Notes: a model not told the origin generated them from the letters alone. A stretch of 54,857 nucleotides of DNA from Malacoraja senta (GCA_038087875.1 JAXLNO010000286.1:1-54857); one strand, 5' to 3'; shown: positions 34,556 to 48,774, counted from the stretch's first letter. Translations and numbers: made by a program.

Positions 34556-37500
34556 ATGTATGACGACAATCAAAAGAAAATGGGCAGAATCACACTATGT
34601 AGTTGGAATATAAGGGGTATTAATGAACCTATTAAAAGGGGCAAGATACTAGCTCAGTTGAAATCATACAACACGGACATTTCGTTTCTACAGGAAACGC
34701 ATCTTAAACATCAAGATCATACGAGACTGAGGGCGAACTGGATAGGCCAAACATTTCACTCTTCATTCACTTCCAAATCTAGAGGTACTGCAATCATTAT
34801 TCGTTATGGAATTCCATTTAAATCAAAGAATACTATTTCAGATAAGCAAGGGAGATACCTTATAGTAGCAGGAGAGATCAATAATACGCCAATTACGCTG
34901 GTAAACATATATGCGCCCAATTTTGATAACCCTCAATTTTTTAATAACATTCTGAATATAATTGCAGAATTTAATTATCAAAATGTTATAATTGGAGGAG
35001 ACTTTAACTGTGTTTTAGACCCTTATCTGGATAAATCGATGCAAAAACAAAAAGGTAATATGAAATCTAAAACCAGTGAACTTTTACATACGTATATGGA
35101 AAACACAAATATAGCAGATGTGTGGAGGATTGCAAACCCGACGGGGCATAAAACATAGTCACGGATAGACTATTTTCTTGTGGATACAAAATTAATTCCG
35201 CACACTATGAACCCTAAATACCACATTAATGCGATCTCAGACCACTCTCCGTTAACTTTTGTTTTAAAACTAGAAGGAATGTCTATGAATAAATCGTTCT
35301 GGAGGTTTAACTCGCACATTTTAAAAGACCCACAAGGGAGTATATATCTAAAAAAACAGATGGATCTATTTTTTTAGATAAATGATACACCAGATATATC
35401 CCCCACGCTATTATGGGAATCCTTCAAAGCATTTATTAGAGGAGTCATTATTTCATTTCAAGCTTATCAAAATAAAAAGAATAAGAATGAACAAAGACAT
35501 TTAGAAGAACAAATAAAACAATTAGATACAGATAATGCTAAAGATCCAACTATGGATAAACATAACAAAATCCTACTATTGAAATTCAAGCTAAATAAAT
35601 TAGTCAGAGAAAGTTATAACATTATTTCAAATCACAAAACAAGAACACTTCGAATTCGGGGACAAACCCCACAAACTTCTTGCGCGCCAACTGAAAAAAC
35701 GGGAAAAAGAGAATGCAATATTAAAGATTAAATCAGACAGAGGGGAATTATTAACATTACCCAAGGATATCAATAAAAGATTTGCTCAATTTTACCAGAA
35801 TCTATACACATCTAAAACGTTAATAGACAATAATAAAATTTCAGAATTTCTAGATAACTGTAACCTACCACAATTAGAACTGAGGGAACAAGAGGAACTG
35901 GGAGCACAAATTACTTCTAAGGAGATAGAAGACACAATAAAAACACTAAAGAATGGAAAAACACCAGGACCAGACGGATTCAGTAATGAATTTTATAAAT
36001 CTTTTTACGACATAGTTACACCACGATTACAGAAAATGTATACATATGCTTTTAAAGAGCAAAGCTTACCTGAAACACTAGCGGAATCAACGATCATATT
36101 AATACTTAAAAAAGATAAAAATATAGAAGAACCAGGATCATATAGAGCTATTGCTTTGTTAAATACGGATCAAAAAACAATAGCGAAAACACTAGCCAGT
36201 AGACTAAGCAGGTATGTTAGTAGACTAATAAATGAGGATCAAACAGGATTTATACCTAAGAGACATTCATTCAATAATTTGAGACGTTTGCTTAACATAA
36301 TGCACTCACATAAATCTCATGACCAAGAGTTATCTATCATCTCACTGGACGCAGAAAAAACGTTTGATCAAGTAGAATGGGATTATATGATTAAAGTATT
36401 GCAAAAATTCCAATTGGGAGAGAAGTTCATTGCATGGATAAAACTATGATATAACAAACCTACGGCTAGAATACTAACTAATAATATATTATCCTCGAAA
36501 TTTGAACTATCAAGGGGCAATAGACAAGGATGTTCATTATCACCGCTGTTATTTGCTTTGGTAATTGAACCCCTTGCTGAAAAAATAAGAACACACCTGG
36601 ATATTTACGGTTATAATACAAAATATTCAAATAACAAAATATCCCTATATGCCGATGATGTACTACTGTACATCACAAAACCACAAATTAGTATACCAAA
36701 TATATTAAATTTAATTGAGGACTTTGGATCCTTCTCAAGATATAGAATAAATTGGAACAAAAGTGAAATTATGTCGATAAAACCAAAAGACTCAACACAC
36801 CTCAGGAAATTCCCCTTTAAAATAGCTACACAAAATTCAAATATTTGGGAATTGAAATTACTAGAAATTACCAGGATATGTTTAAAGCCAATTATAATCC
36901 CTTACTTAAGAAATTAAATAGTTTGATTAAATTCTGGAAAACACTTCCGATGTCCTTAATAGGCAGAATAAATGCTATAAAAATGATTTTCTTACCACAA
37001 ATCCTATACCTATTTCAATCAATACCTATATATCTCCCAAAAAAGTTTTTCAAAAAATTGGACTCAGACATTACAGATTTTATATGGGATTATAAATCCC
37101 ATAGAATACAAAGCGCACACCTTAATAAACGAAAAGAGTTGGGGGGTCTAGCGCTCCCTAACTTTATTTATTATAATTGGGCAGTAAATATTAAAAATAT
37201 GTTTCACCTGCTGGACAATTCTGCCCAGCAGGCGGACTGGATTGTAATGGAAAAAGGGGACTGCTCCCCGAGTAATATAGGAGCTATTATCCTCTCTCCA
37301 ATAAATTTGAATAATAAAAATTATAATAAAAATCCAATTATATATAGCACAATTAGAACATGGAAACAAATAAAACAGAATCTAAAATTAAGAAACCTAT
37401 CTCTCTCAATACCAATAGTCAATAACCCATCGTTTAAACCATCAATCATAGACAAATCATTTATACAATGGGAAAGAATGGGAATCAAAACGCTGGAAGA

Positions 37501-37709
37501 TCTGTATGAATTGGGAAAATTACTATCATTTCAACAACTACAACTGAAATATAATTTCAAAACAACCAATATTTTAAATATCTTCAAATTCGTGATTATC
37601 TGATAAAATACACAAAAGACTATCATAATATGCCTTCCGACTTACTAGATGAAGCAATGAAGACAAAAGCGGAATCAGCTAATCTAATATCGTACTTATA
37701 TAATATCAT

Positions 37710-37712
<3 letters not shown>

Positions 37713-37740
<28 letters not shown>

Positions 37741-40700
37741 TTTTAGTTATTAGAAGTACATTACATTACAACCACATACATTAATACTCGTCATTTATAT
37801 CTTCTTACAATTAATGTACTCCCTTTATTTATTTTTTTACACTAGAGAAAGAAAAGATTGAAAGAGAGAAGAAAGTGAAGGAAAAAGTGCAAGTGTAGAA
37901 AAGTGTAGAAAATGTAACAACAAAAAAGGACGAAGACCCTATAAGAGCGAAATTAAAAACAAAAAGAAAAAGAGTTAAGAAATAGGCCCTAAGAAAAGAA
38001 AAGAGAAAGAGAAAAAAAGAGAAACAATTGTTTTTTTTTGAGCATCACGTAAATAGGACATACCAACTCTTCAACTATCATCCCCCCTTACCCGACCTCA
38101 ATTTTTTATTTTTTTAAAGTACTTTTGCACCCTATGTTTGTAATAATTCTATAAATGCAGACCACGTCAGGTGGAAGTGATCTGGTTTACCTGCTAGGAG
38201 GAGTCTTATCTCTTCAAGGTGTAATGTTTCAAACATATTTGAAATCCACATATTTATAGTTGGTATTGGAGCCTTCTTCCAAAATTTTAGAATTAGCTTT
38301 TTTCCAGTTATTAACCCATAATCCATTAATTTCTTTTGAAACACATTTAGTTCTGGATCATCTTCCGTTATTCCGAAGATAATCCATTCTGCTTTGGGTA
38401 TCAGTCTTGTTTTAAATAACTTTGTAAAGATTTCAAAAATTTCATTCCAAAATTTTTGAATTTTTGTACAGAAGACAAATGAGTGCGCTATAGTTGCTTC
38501 TTGGGATTGACATTTATCACAAATAGATGATACGTTTGGGAAAATGTTATGAATTTTAGTTTTCGAATAATATAATCTATGTAAAATTTTAAATTGTATT
38601 AAAGTGTGTCTTACATTAATCGAGCATTTATGCACTTTTAATAAGTATTCATTCCAACTTTCCTTTGAAATTTTAATAGCTAACTCTTGTTCCCAGTCTC
38701 TTCTGATACCCTCCGTAGATGGTATTTGTGCATTTAAGATAATATTGTACAAATATGATATTAAGTTTGCTGATTCCGCTTTTATCTGCATTGCCTCGTC
38801 CAGTACATCTGCTGGGTTATTATGATGATCTTTTGTATATTTTTTCAAATAGTCGCATATTTGAAAGTATTTAAAATATTGATTATTTCCGAGTTTATAT
38901 TTTATTTGTAATTGTTGAAATGAAAGTAATTTTCCAGTTTCATACAAGTCACCAAGCGTTTTAATTCCTAGTCTATCCCATTGTGTATAAGCTTTATCTA
39001 TAATAGAAGGACTAAACGAAGGGTTATTGACTATAGGTAATAAAAGTGATAAGTTTCTTAATTTTAAATTTTGTTTTATTTGTTTCCAAATACGGATTGT
39101 ACTATGAATAATTGGGTTCTTATTATAGTTTATGTTATTCAATTTCATTGGAGAGAGGAGGATCGCTCCAATGTTTCTAGAGGAGCAATCCTCTTTCTCC
39201 ATTACAATCCAGTCTACTTGCTGGGCGGAGTTATCCATCAGTTGAATCATGTTTTTAATATTTACTGACCAATAATAATACATAAAATTAGGTAGTGCTA
39301 GACCCCCCAATACTTTAGATTTATTCAGATGGGTTTTTTGTATTCTATGTGATTTATAGTCCCATATAAAATTAGTGATATCTGAGTCGAGTTTTTTAAA
39401 AAACTTCTTAGGTAAGTATATAGGAATTGATTGAAATATGTATAAAATTTGTGGTAAAAATATCATTTTTATTGCGTTTATTCGGCCTATTAAAGACATC
39501 GGGAGCGTTTTCCAGAATTTAATTAATGTATTCAGTTTATTAAGTAGGGGGTCAAAATTTGCCCTGAACATACCTTGATATGCTCTGGTAATTTCGATTC
39601 CCAAATATTTAAAATTTTCTGTAGCTATTTTAAAAGGGAATTTTAAAAGATGTGTTGAATCTTTCGGTTTTATTGACATAATTTCACTTTTATTCCAATT
39701 TATTCTATATCCAGAAAAAGATCCGAAGTCTTCAATTAAATTTAATATATTTGGTATAGTGATTTGAGGTTTTGTAATATACAATAATATATCATCCGCG
39801 TATAAAGATATTTTATTATATGAGTCTTTAGTATTATATCCATGAATATCAGGGTGTATTCTAATTTTTTCTGCTAGCGGTTCAATAATGAGAGCAAACA
39901 GCTGTGGTGATAATGAGCATCCTTGTCTATTTCCCCTTGATAGTTGAAATTTCGAGGATAATATGTTATTAGTAAGTATTCTAGCTGTAGGTTTGTTATA
40001 TAGTAACTTAATCCATAAAATAAAATTCTCTCCCAGTTGAAATTTTTGTAATACTTTATCCATATAATTCCATTCTACTTGATCAAATGCTTTTTCAGCA
40101 TCCAGCGAAATAATTGATAATTCTTGATCTTCAGATTTGTGTGAGTGCATTATGTTGAGTAGACGTCTCATATTATTAGAAGAGTATCTCTTAGGGATAA
40201 ACCCTGTCTGATCTGGATTTATTAATTTACTAATGTATTTACTTAATCTTCTGGCTAATGTTTTCGCTAATATTTTTTGATCTGTGTTTAACAATGCTAT
40301 AGCTCTATATGAGCCAGGTTCTTCTAAATCCTTATTTTTCTTAGGTATTAATGTAATCGTTGATTCCGCTAATGTATCAGGTAGTATTCGTTTTTTAAAA
40401 GCGTATTGGTACATTTTTTGTAATCTTGGTATTATTTTATCATAAAAGCTTTTATAAAATTCATTAGTAAATCCATCAGGGCCTGGTGTTTTTCCATTTT
40501 TTAGTGAGTTTATTGTATCTTCTAATTCCTTAATTGAGATTTGTGCACCCAGTTCCTCTTGTTCCTTCAGCTCTAACTTTGGAAGATTACAGGTATCCAA
40601 GAACTTTGTGATATTATTGGAATCAATTATCGTTTTAGATGTATACAAATTCTCGTAAAATTGCGCAAATCTTTTATTAATATCCTTCGGTGTTGTTAAT

Positions 40701-40837
40701 AATTCCACTTTATCTGATTTGATCTTTGGTATAGTATGTTCCTTTTCTCGTTTTTTTAGCTGGCGAGCCAAAAGTTTATGCGGTTTATCCCCAAATTCAA
40801 AGTGCTCTTGTTTTGTAATTTGAAAAAGTCTTATAAG
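37713..40837 (-). mobile_element. Young 5'-truncated L1 in inverted orientation, closely related to its host
   Basis: T-rich tail at 37713-37745, 3' UTR, and an uninterrupted ORF2 remainder. Confidence 0.92.
38132..40771 (-). pseudogene. L1 ORF2 remainder (879 open codons: RT and Cys domain, no endonuclease)
   Basis: GKTPGPDGF, LDAEKAFD, GNRQGCSLSP, LYADD, CDKC..HSFVFC. No true start codon because the element is 5'-truncated. Confidence 0.9.
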
Positions 40838-42210
40838 TTTGGCTTATAAGACTTTTTCAATCATAGACAAATCATTTATACAATGGGAAAGAATGGGAAT
40901 CAAAACGCTCGAAGATCTGTATGAATTGGGAAAATTACTATCATTTCAACAACTACAACTGAAATATAATTTCAAAACAACCAATATTTTAAATATCTTC
41001 AAATTCGTGATTATCTGATAAAATACACAAAAGACTATCATAATATGTCTTCCGACTTACTAGATGAAGCAATGAAGACAAAAGCGGAATCAGCTAATCT
41101 AATATCGTACTTATATAATATCATTTTAAACATAGAAATACCCACAACAGATGGAATTAGAAGAGACTGGGAACAAGAACTGGCTATAAAAATTTCAAAA
41201 GAGAGCTGGGATAATCATTTACTACAGGTGCATAAATGTTCGATCAACGTACGACATACGCTCATCCAATTCAAAACATTACATAGACTATATTATTCAA
41301 AAACTAAATTAAATAAAATCTTTCCTAATGTTTCACCAATCTGTGATAAATGTCTGTGTCAAGAAGCTACCATAGCGCATTCTTTTGTTTTTTGTACAAA
41401 AATCCAAAAATTCTGGTATGAAATATTTGATATTTTTTCAAAATTAATTAAAATAAAACTGGTACCAAAACCAGAATGGATTATTTTTGGAATATCGGAA
41501 GGTATCCCTGAATTAAACGTGTATCAGAAGAACTTATTCAATTACGGGCTAATAATGGGAAAAAAGCTCATACTTAAATTCTGGAAAAATGCGCCCACAC
41601 CAACAATAAAAATGTGGACATCAAATATGTTTGAAACATTACATCTGGAAGAGATGAGATTCCTCTTAGCAGGTAAAGCAGACCAATTCCAAAAGACGTG
41701 GTCTACGTTTCTGGACCTATTACAAGCATGAGGTGCAATAGTAATTTTAAAAATAAATAAATAAATAAATGGTATCAGGACCTGGTAATGGGAAGTAAAA
41801 CAACAAAAACAGACTTGGTTGGTAGTCCCCTTTCTGCGGGGTATAATGTCATAATAGAGCGATTGTTCGTACTTTCTTTTTCTTTCTTTTCTAGGGTCTA
41901 CTTTCTTACTTTACTTCCTTCTCTAACTTCTTTTCTAAGGGGCTTTCTTTTCCCAACACTCTCTTGCACTTCACGACTCTTGCGCACTTTCTTTACTTTT
42001 CTTACTTCTATCTCTTTCTTAAAGCTCAAAAAAATGAAGCGGTACAAAAAATGTATTAAGATATATGTGTTGTGTATTATTGTAATTTACCGGACTTCTA
42101 ATAAAAATTATTTTAAAAAAAAAATTAAAAAAAATACCCATACCTAGATCATATCTGATCAGTCTTAAGCCTGAAGAAGGGTCTCGTTCCGAAAACGTCA
42201 CCCATTGCTA

Positions 42211-42630
<420 letters not shown>

Positions 42631-42947
42631 GTGATCTATATATATGTGTGTATTTGTGAGTATGTGTTCTTTACACACACTGACATTTTATTATCGTTCT
42701 CTCGTTTATTATATTCTTCATGGTGGACTATGTTTACATATTATGTTGTGCTGCTTCAAGTAAGTTTTTCATTGTTCTAGCTGACAAGAAACCGTAATTA
42801 ACTATTGACTCTAGACTCAAAATGTCAACATCGTCTTTCATTCACGACAGTGTCCATTGATGCCCCTGACCAGTGCGGGATACATACCAGATATTCCAAC
42901 ATTAACTACTCAGTGCCCTCCATGAGTCCTCCTCTCAGAAATAAATA

Positions 42948-43690
42948 AACATAGAAAATAGGTGCAGGAGTAGGCCATTTGACCCTTCAAGCCAGCACCT
43001 CCATTCAATTTGACAATGTCTGATCATCCAAAATCAGTACCCCGTTTCTCCTTTCTCCCTTGATTCCGTCAGCTCTCAGAGCTATATCTAACTCTCTAAT
43101 ACATATTTACAATGACTTAGCCTTCACTGCCTTCTGTGGCAGGGAATTCCGCAGATTCTCAAATTTCTGGGTGTAAAAGCTTTTCCTGATCTCATCCAAA
43201 AGCCTTAAGCATTATTCTTAATCACTGATTCACTCCCGCAACATCGGGAACATTTTTCCTGCATCTAGCCTGTCCAATCCCTTAAGAATTTCATATATTT
43301 CTATAAGATCCCCTCTCATACTTCTAAATTCCAGTGAATATAAGCCCAGTCGACCCATTCCTTCATCATATGTCAGTCCCGCCATCCCGGGAATGCACCT
43401 GGTGAACCTAAGCTGCATTCCCTCAATAGCAAGAATGTCCTTCCTCAAATTAGGAGACCAACATTGCACACAATACATCACGTGTGGTCACACCAGTGCC
43501 CTTAACAACTGCAGTAGATCCCACTTGCTCCTATACTCATATCAAATGGTTATGAAGGCCAACATGCCATTTGCTTCCAAGGCAGGAACGGGGTACTGAT
43601 TGCGGATGATCAGACATGATCACATGGAATGGCGGTGCTGGCTCGAAGGGCAGAATGGCCTACTCCTGCACCTATTATCTATTATCTATT
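42948..43690 (-). mobile_element. CR1 3' fragment (to ~43577) plus a short plus-strand CR1 3' end (43578-43690)
   Basis: ORF 43230-43481 CVQCWSPNLRKDILAIEG; CR1 3' UTR present in both orientations. Confidence 0.8.
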
Positions 43691-44020
43691 GCCACTCCTG
43701 CATTCTTACTTTTTGTGACCGATGATCATGGACACCAAAGTCTCCTAACACCTCCGCCTTTCCTAATCGGATACCATTCAGATAATAATCTGCCTTCACC
43801 GTGGATAGTTTGCTGTTTCCCAGAAGTAACCATTGAACCTTTCACCCCATGCTCTCTCTCTGTAATTTTAAAATGTCATTATGTTGCTTAACGTGTTATT
43901 GTAAATTACTGATCCCAATAGATGTATTATCCTGGGAGCTTTTGACGTAATTTATTTTTTCTTAAACTGTAACTAAAATCAATGATCAGGAGACGGGTGT
44001 CGCTCGGGACATCTGCCCTC

Positions 44021-44028
44021 TATATTAA
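44021..44028 (+). promoter_or_regulatory. Candidate TATA box of GPCR 'B'
   Basis: TATATTAA, 91 nt upstream of the exon 1 ATG, in non-repetitive sequence. Confidence 0.4.
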
Positions 44029-44111
44029 GAGAAGTGTGGACAACTCACTAGTTTGGCACTGGGCTGCTGTGATACATCAACACAGCTGTGGAATCGTCAC
44101 TTTAGCAAAAA

Positions 44112-44181
44112 ATGGGAAGTTGGATATTGGATCAAATAATGGCCATTTACTATCCCGTTCTGGCAGCGATTGGTGTTCCCG
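44112..44181 (+). CDS. GPCR 'B' exon 1 (absent from the ORF track)
   Basis: aaaATGG then MGSWILDQIMAIYYPVLAAIGVP+G, followed by donor gtgagt at 44182. 70 nt, phase 1, same IYYP.LAA..VP motif as gene A. Confidence 0.9.
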
Positions 44182-44419
44182 GTGAGTCGACATTCACTTC
44201 TACTCATGGTCTTCATTTTGTTGACTCTAGTGATGCCGGCGTTTGCTGCCTGTCGCACTTGTGTTAACACACAAATCTGCAGATTCTACAAACTTGAGCA
44301 AAGCACAAAGTCCTGGAGGAACTCGTCGGCTCAGGCAGTATCTGGGGAGGGAATGGAGGTTGAGACCCGAAACGTCGCCTGTCCATGCCCTGATAAGATG
44401 TAGCCAACCTCGCTGAGTT

Positions 44420-44826
44420 CCTCAGCTTAAAACACGGTGGGATGAATATTGATTGATCTTATTTCAAGGAACCCCATCATTCCGTATCTCTCCATCCCTC
44501 CTCCGCGCACGTCGTACCGGCATCAAAATCGTCTTGTTGAGTCATTGTCTGTACTCGTTCTAATCTAAAAAAACAACTAACAATGAGCTGTTTGCTTTAC
44601 CGTCGTAACATTGTTTGCGTGTCCCTCTTTAATTTGTTAATTTTCTCTCTATATCAACGTCTATATTTCTCGTTTCCCTTTCCCCCGACCCTCAATCTGA
44701 AGAATGGGCTCGACCCGAAATGTCACCAGTTCCTTTTCTCCAGAGATACTGTCTGAAAAGCTGAGTTACGCCAGTTGCGTCTATCTTAAGCTTAAAACAG
44801 TATTTGCAGTTCCTTCCTACACAGAG
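44420..44826 (+). mobile_element. Penelope-like 3' fragment / terminal repeat
   Basis: cagcttaaaacacggtgggatgaatattgat (GMNID-like ORF end) and a degenerate hammerhead core at 44697-44724. Confidence 0.65.
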
Positions 44827-45384
44827 TTCCCCCATCACTGCAGTTGAGACACTGATTGTTTTGCTGCACTCTCTCTTCATACTGTGATACGGTATTTTCT
44901 CAATCCTAACGTTGCATTCGAGTTGTCTCCGTGTCATAATGTAAACTATGATCTCAGGCAAAGTTTTTGTTGCAATTGTGAATGTGTGAACGAATGCTGG
45001 TGCCAGGTCGGCAGTGCCTTTTCGATTTTATGCGGTACGTTCAGGCAGTGTGAGGAGAGCAGAATAGCATGATGCTGATATAGTCTGCGAAGTCACCACT
45101 AAATTAAGACAGCAATTGAGGTCCTCGATTCCCCACCTGTCTGAACACTGACTCGAAATTAGCTTGCTGTACAAGGACGTTCCTTCCCTTTCAGGAAATG
45201 TAGATCAGACCACAAAACTGACCTTCGGAGCATGTACGTATGTGCAGTTTCTGCCACGTGCTAGCCTCTCATTTCTGTTCACATCTTTATATATGGGCAA
45301 TGTTGAAACGTTACGCAGTCGGGAAATACATTCCACTAGTTGTTTAGCTGTTGGAGTTCTGCTTTAAGAAAAGTAGTAGTTTTT

Positions 45385-45870
45385 CTGTAGATAGACACAA
45401 AAAGCTGGAGTAGCTGAGCGGGACAGGCCGCATCTCTGGAGAGAAGGAATGGGTGATGTTTAGGGTCGAGACGCTTCTTCAGACAAAAATTCACCGGGAA
45501 GTAAAACGGGAGATAAAGGCGATGATGTAGAGAGAGATAGAACAAAGACTAAAAAATATGCAAAAAAGTAACGATAATAGTGGAAACATGCCTTTGTTAG
45601 CTGTTTGTTGGGATAAAATAAGAGGCTGGTGCGACTTTGGTGGGGAAGGGAAGGAGAGAGAGGGAATGGCGTGAAAATGAAGTTAAATAAATGAATATTC
45701 ATACCACTGGGCTGTAAGCTTCGCAAGCGAGATATGATATGCTGTTCCTCCAATTTGCGTTTGGCGTCACTCTGACAATGGAGGACAGAAAGATCAGTGT
45801 GGGAATGGGAAGGAGATGGAAATTAAAGTGTTTGACAACCGGCAGATAAAGTAAGTCGAGGCGGATCTAC
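45385..45870 (-). mobile_element. Penelope-like 3' fragment (GIY-YIG C-terminus plus terminal repeat)
   Basis: LEEQHIISRLRSLQPSGMNIHLFNF and a degenerate hammerhead core at ~45482-45455. Confidence 0.8.
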
Positions 45871-46717
45871 ATATTTTTCCTGTGTTCTGGTTGGTACTGT
45901 TATTTGCATCAAGGTGCTTCTATTTAAGACATGATACTCCCTATTAAAGCAAACTCCAAAATGGTGTCGATCGAGAGTACATCACCAATCAACAGAATAC
46001 ATTCAAATAATTGTCCAGATATGCTTGCTGTCTGACAATCGGATGTTACTCGAGCCAGTTCATGGGTAATGATTGAAGCATGAATTAATCAGTGTACAGT
46101 AGTTAACTCATTTTCCATGGGTAATATCACCATCCGGCCACCACTGTCCCGGCTTGCCAGAATACACTGCACCTTCTCTCTGCCTTGCACCAGTGCTAAA
46201 GGCCGCAGATTATCTTCACCTTCAATAAACTGCGACATGCATTCGGTTCATTCACGTTTATAATAACATTGCCGTTCCCCGCAGAGTGATGTGTTCGATT
46301 CTCATCTCTTCTTATCTCGGCCCCATCATTCAACGATCGAGCAGAATTGGTCAATGAAAATCACACTCCACTTGCCAGACAATGTATTCACGAATCGAGC
46401 GACCCACCAAACTAGCACTCAACGCCACAACCGCCGACCAACCCACTTCTATCTGTCATTCGTCCAACCCAGTGGATCCAGTGGATTCTTGCTTAGTACG
46501 GGTGTCAGGAATTATGGGGAACAGGCAGGAGAATGGGATTAGGGAGAGATAGATCTGCCATGATTGGATGGCACAGTAGCCTAATTCTGCTCCTATCACT
46601 TAGGAACGTATGAACTTACTTTCGGCATGCACACAGCCCGTTCCACCTTCGCGAGGTGTCGTTTCTACTGCAGATTCAACATGCCAACTTGTAATTTCAA
46701 CCGGCTGGCCAGTATCA

Positions 46718-46960
46718 CACTGCGCCTTCACTCTGCCTCGTCCCCAGTGCATATTTTCCCTGTCTAGTCCTTATTTCACCTTCACCCTGCCCAATCCCCA
46801 CCGCGCATTCATGCGGAGCACTCTCCACCACAGCTTCAGCCTGCGCAAACCCTACTGCGCCTTCACCTTGCCCTGATCCCTTCGTACGTCCTCCTTGTCT
46901 AAATCCCGCTGCACATACACCCTGCCCAGCCCGCGCTGCACCTTTAGATTATCTAGACCA
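46718..46960. repeat. Degenerate 27-bp minisatellite (~9 units) in the GPCR B intron
   Basis: Consensus approximately cactgcaccttcaccctgcccaatccc. Confidence 0.7.
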
Positions 46961-47878
46961 ACTTCGCCTCGCCCTCCATAACCGAAGCTGTAGATACATC
47001 ACTACCAGTTCTCATCCCAACTACACACAAACCGAAACAAGTTGTTTGAGCATTGACTCGGTCCCTTTCCCCCAACCTTCTGCACTTTGTCATTAATCCC
47101 TCAAGCCCCTCAACCCCGTTACAAATGTATCTTGTCCAAGGCGCAATTATCCCGTGCAGTTCTCATGAATATTTCCCAAACCATTTACTTTATTCGCCGT
47201 CACAAATAATATCGTGGATGGATTTTTATATTACATGAATTATGTAGATAAAGAAAACAGTTCCTCATGGCGTGTTTTCCAAGCTATAGCGTATATCCCT
47301 GGTATCACGGCCGACTCCAATGCCTTTATTAAAGGAGTTATTGTTATAAAGTTAGACGCACAACGTGCAGGAGTAACTCAACAGGTGAGGCAAAATTCTT
47401 GGAGAACACCGTTAGACGACGATGAAGCCAAGACCTTTTCCAGTGCCTCACGTGGACTCGCTCCTAATTTACCCTCCCAATTCCCCCTCAAAGTACCTTC
47501 TTTCCTCTGTGTTCATCCTCCGGCAACTCTTCAATCCTCTTGTATCAAAAGTTTTGATAGTTTCATCTCTCGCCTTTGTGCAAGCATCTGCCTATCGACG
47601 ATCACCCCCGCCGTCCCGCCCGCCTGCGTTCACCTGCTACCTGACACGCTTTGTTTTGCATCCCCTTTCTTCCGCTTTTATTTCCCGTATAATCCGACTG
47701 AAGGACGGCACCGACCGGAAACGTCGTCTATCCATTTTCTCCAGGGATGCTGCGTGACCCGCGGAGTTACTCCTGCAGCTTCTCTTTTATTTGGTAAAAC
47801 GGTTTCCGCGGTACATTGTTTCTATGAGTCGTCGTTGATCTCAGCTATGAATTTCTTATTTTTTTCATTCGCTTGCAG

Positions 47879-48774
47879 TGAACCTGCTGACGATTCTGAT
47901 CCTGTCCCGGGGGGAGTGTGGTCTCTCCAAATGCATCACACGCTACCTGGTGGGAATGACAATGGCCGATCTCCTGGTCATCATCACCGACGTATTATTG
48001 AGAACAGTTTTTGTTATGTATTTTCCACGTTCATTCCTGAACTTCACGCCTGTCTGCTCCATTAACGCGGTCCTAGCGGTTGCAGCCACGCTAATCTCTG
48101 TCTGGTTCACTGTCGCGTTTACATTGGATCGATTCTTGGCCATTTGCTATCAGAATGTGAAAGCAAAATATTGCACCGAGAGAACGGCGACAGTTATTAT
48201 GGGGATTGTGATCGTATTTAGCGGTTTAATAAGTGTGCCCTGGTATTTTACAATGGGCCCAGAATACAATATGGACAATATACCCTGGGGCTGCGTCTTC
48301 AAAGAGACTTTCTTAAACTTAACTTCATGGGCTTCATTTGAGCTTCTGACGTTCAGCTTAATGGTGTGGTTCCCGTTCGTTTTGTTGCTGTTGCTCAATT
48401 CACTGACCGCCAAATACATTTTAATGTCCGGTCGAGTTCGCAAAGGGCTCCGCGGCCGTAATACTGGAGATAATGACCCGGAGATGGAGAACCGAAGGAA
48501 ATCCGTTGTTCTACTCTTCTGTATATCCAGCAGTTTTCTATTGTTATGGAGCGCAGAAGTAATATATATATTGTCCGAGCGTGTATTCGGGACTCGGTAT
48601 GTCCAGGGCAGTGACTTCGAATCAGTTGCGTTAATGCTTCAGGTTTTGAGTACCTGTACAAACACGGTAATATATGTCCTGACACAAAACAAATTCAGAG
48701 AGCAGATGAAGGGCGCCGTGAGATGCCCAATATATCGAATTGCAAATATAGTGAAAAATAGGAATGCTTGTTGA
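47879..48774 (+). CDS. GPR139-like rhodopsin-family GPCR 'B', exon 2
   Basis: Acceptor ttttttcattcgcttgcag|TG. SRGECGLSKCITRYLVGMTMADLL, FTLDRFLAIC, KYCTER, PWGC, ENRRKSVVLLF, CTNTVIY..TQNKFRE. Spliced protein is 321 aa. Confidence 0.93.

Larger units (their letters stand above)
34556..42135 (+). mobile_element. L1-clade LINE ORF2 plus 3' UTR, frameshifted, interrupted by an inverted L1
   Basis: SWNIRG..LQETHL..NIYAPN..GGDFNC (34556-35158), RT pieces 36036-37603, C-terminus 41045-41731 (CDKC..HSFVFC), AATAAA at 42100 and an A-rich tail. Confidence 0.92.

Noticed and set aside
47214..48065. 283-aa ORF overlapping GPCR B
   Set aside because: Runs through intronic Penelope-derived repeat and then out of frame across exon 2; no domain features.
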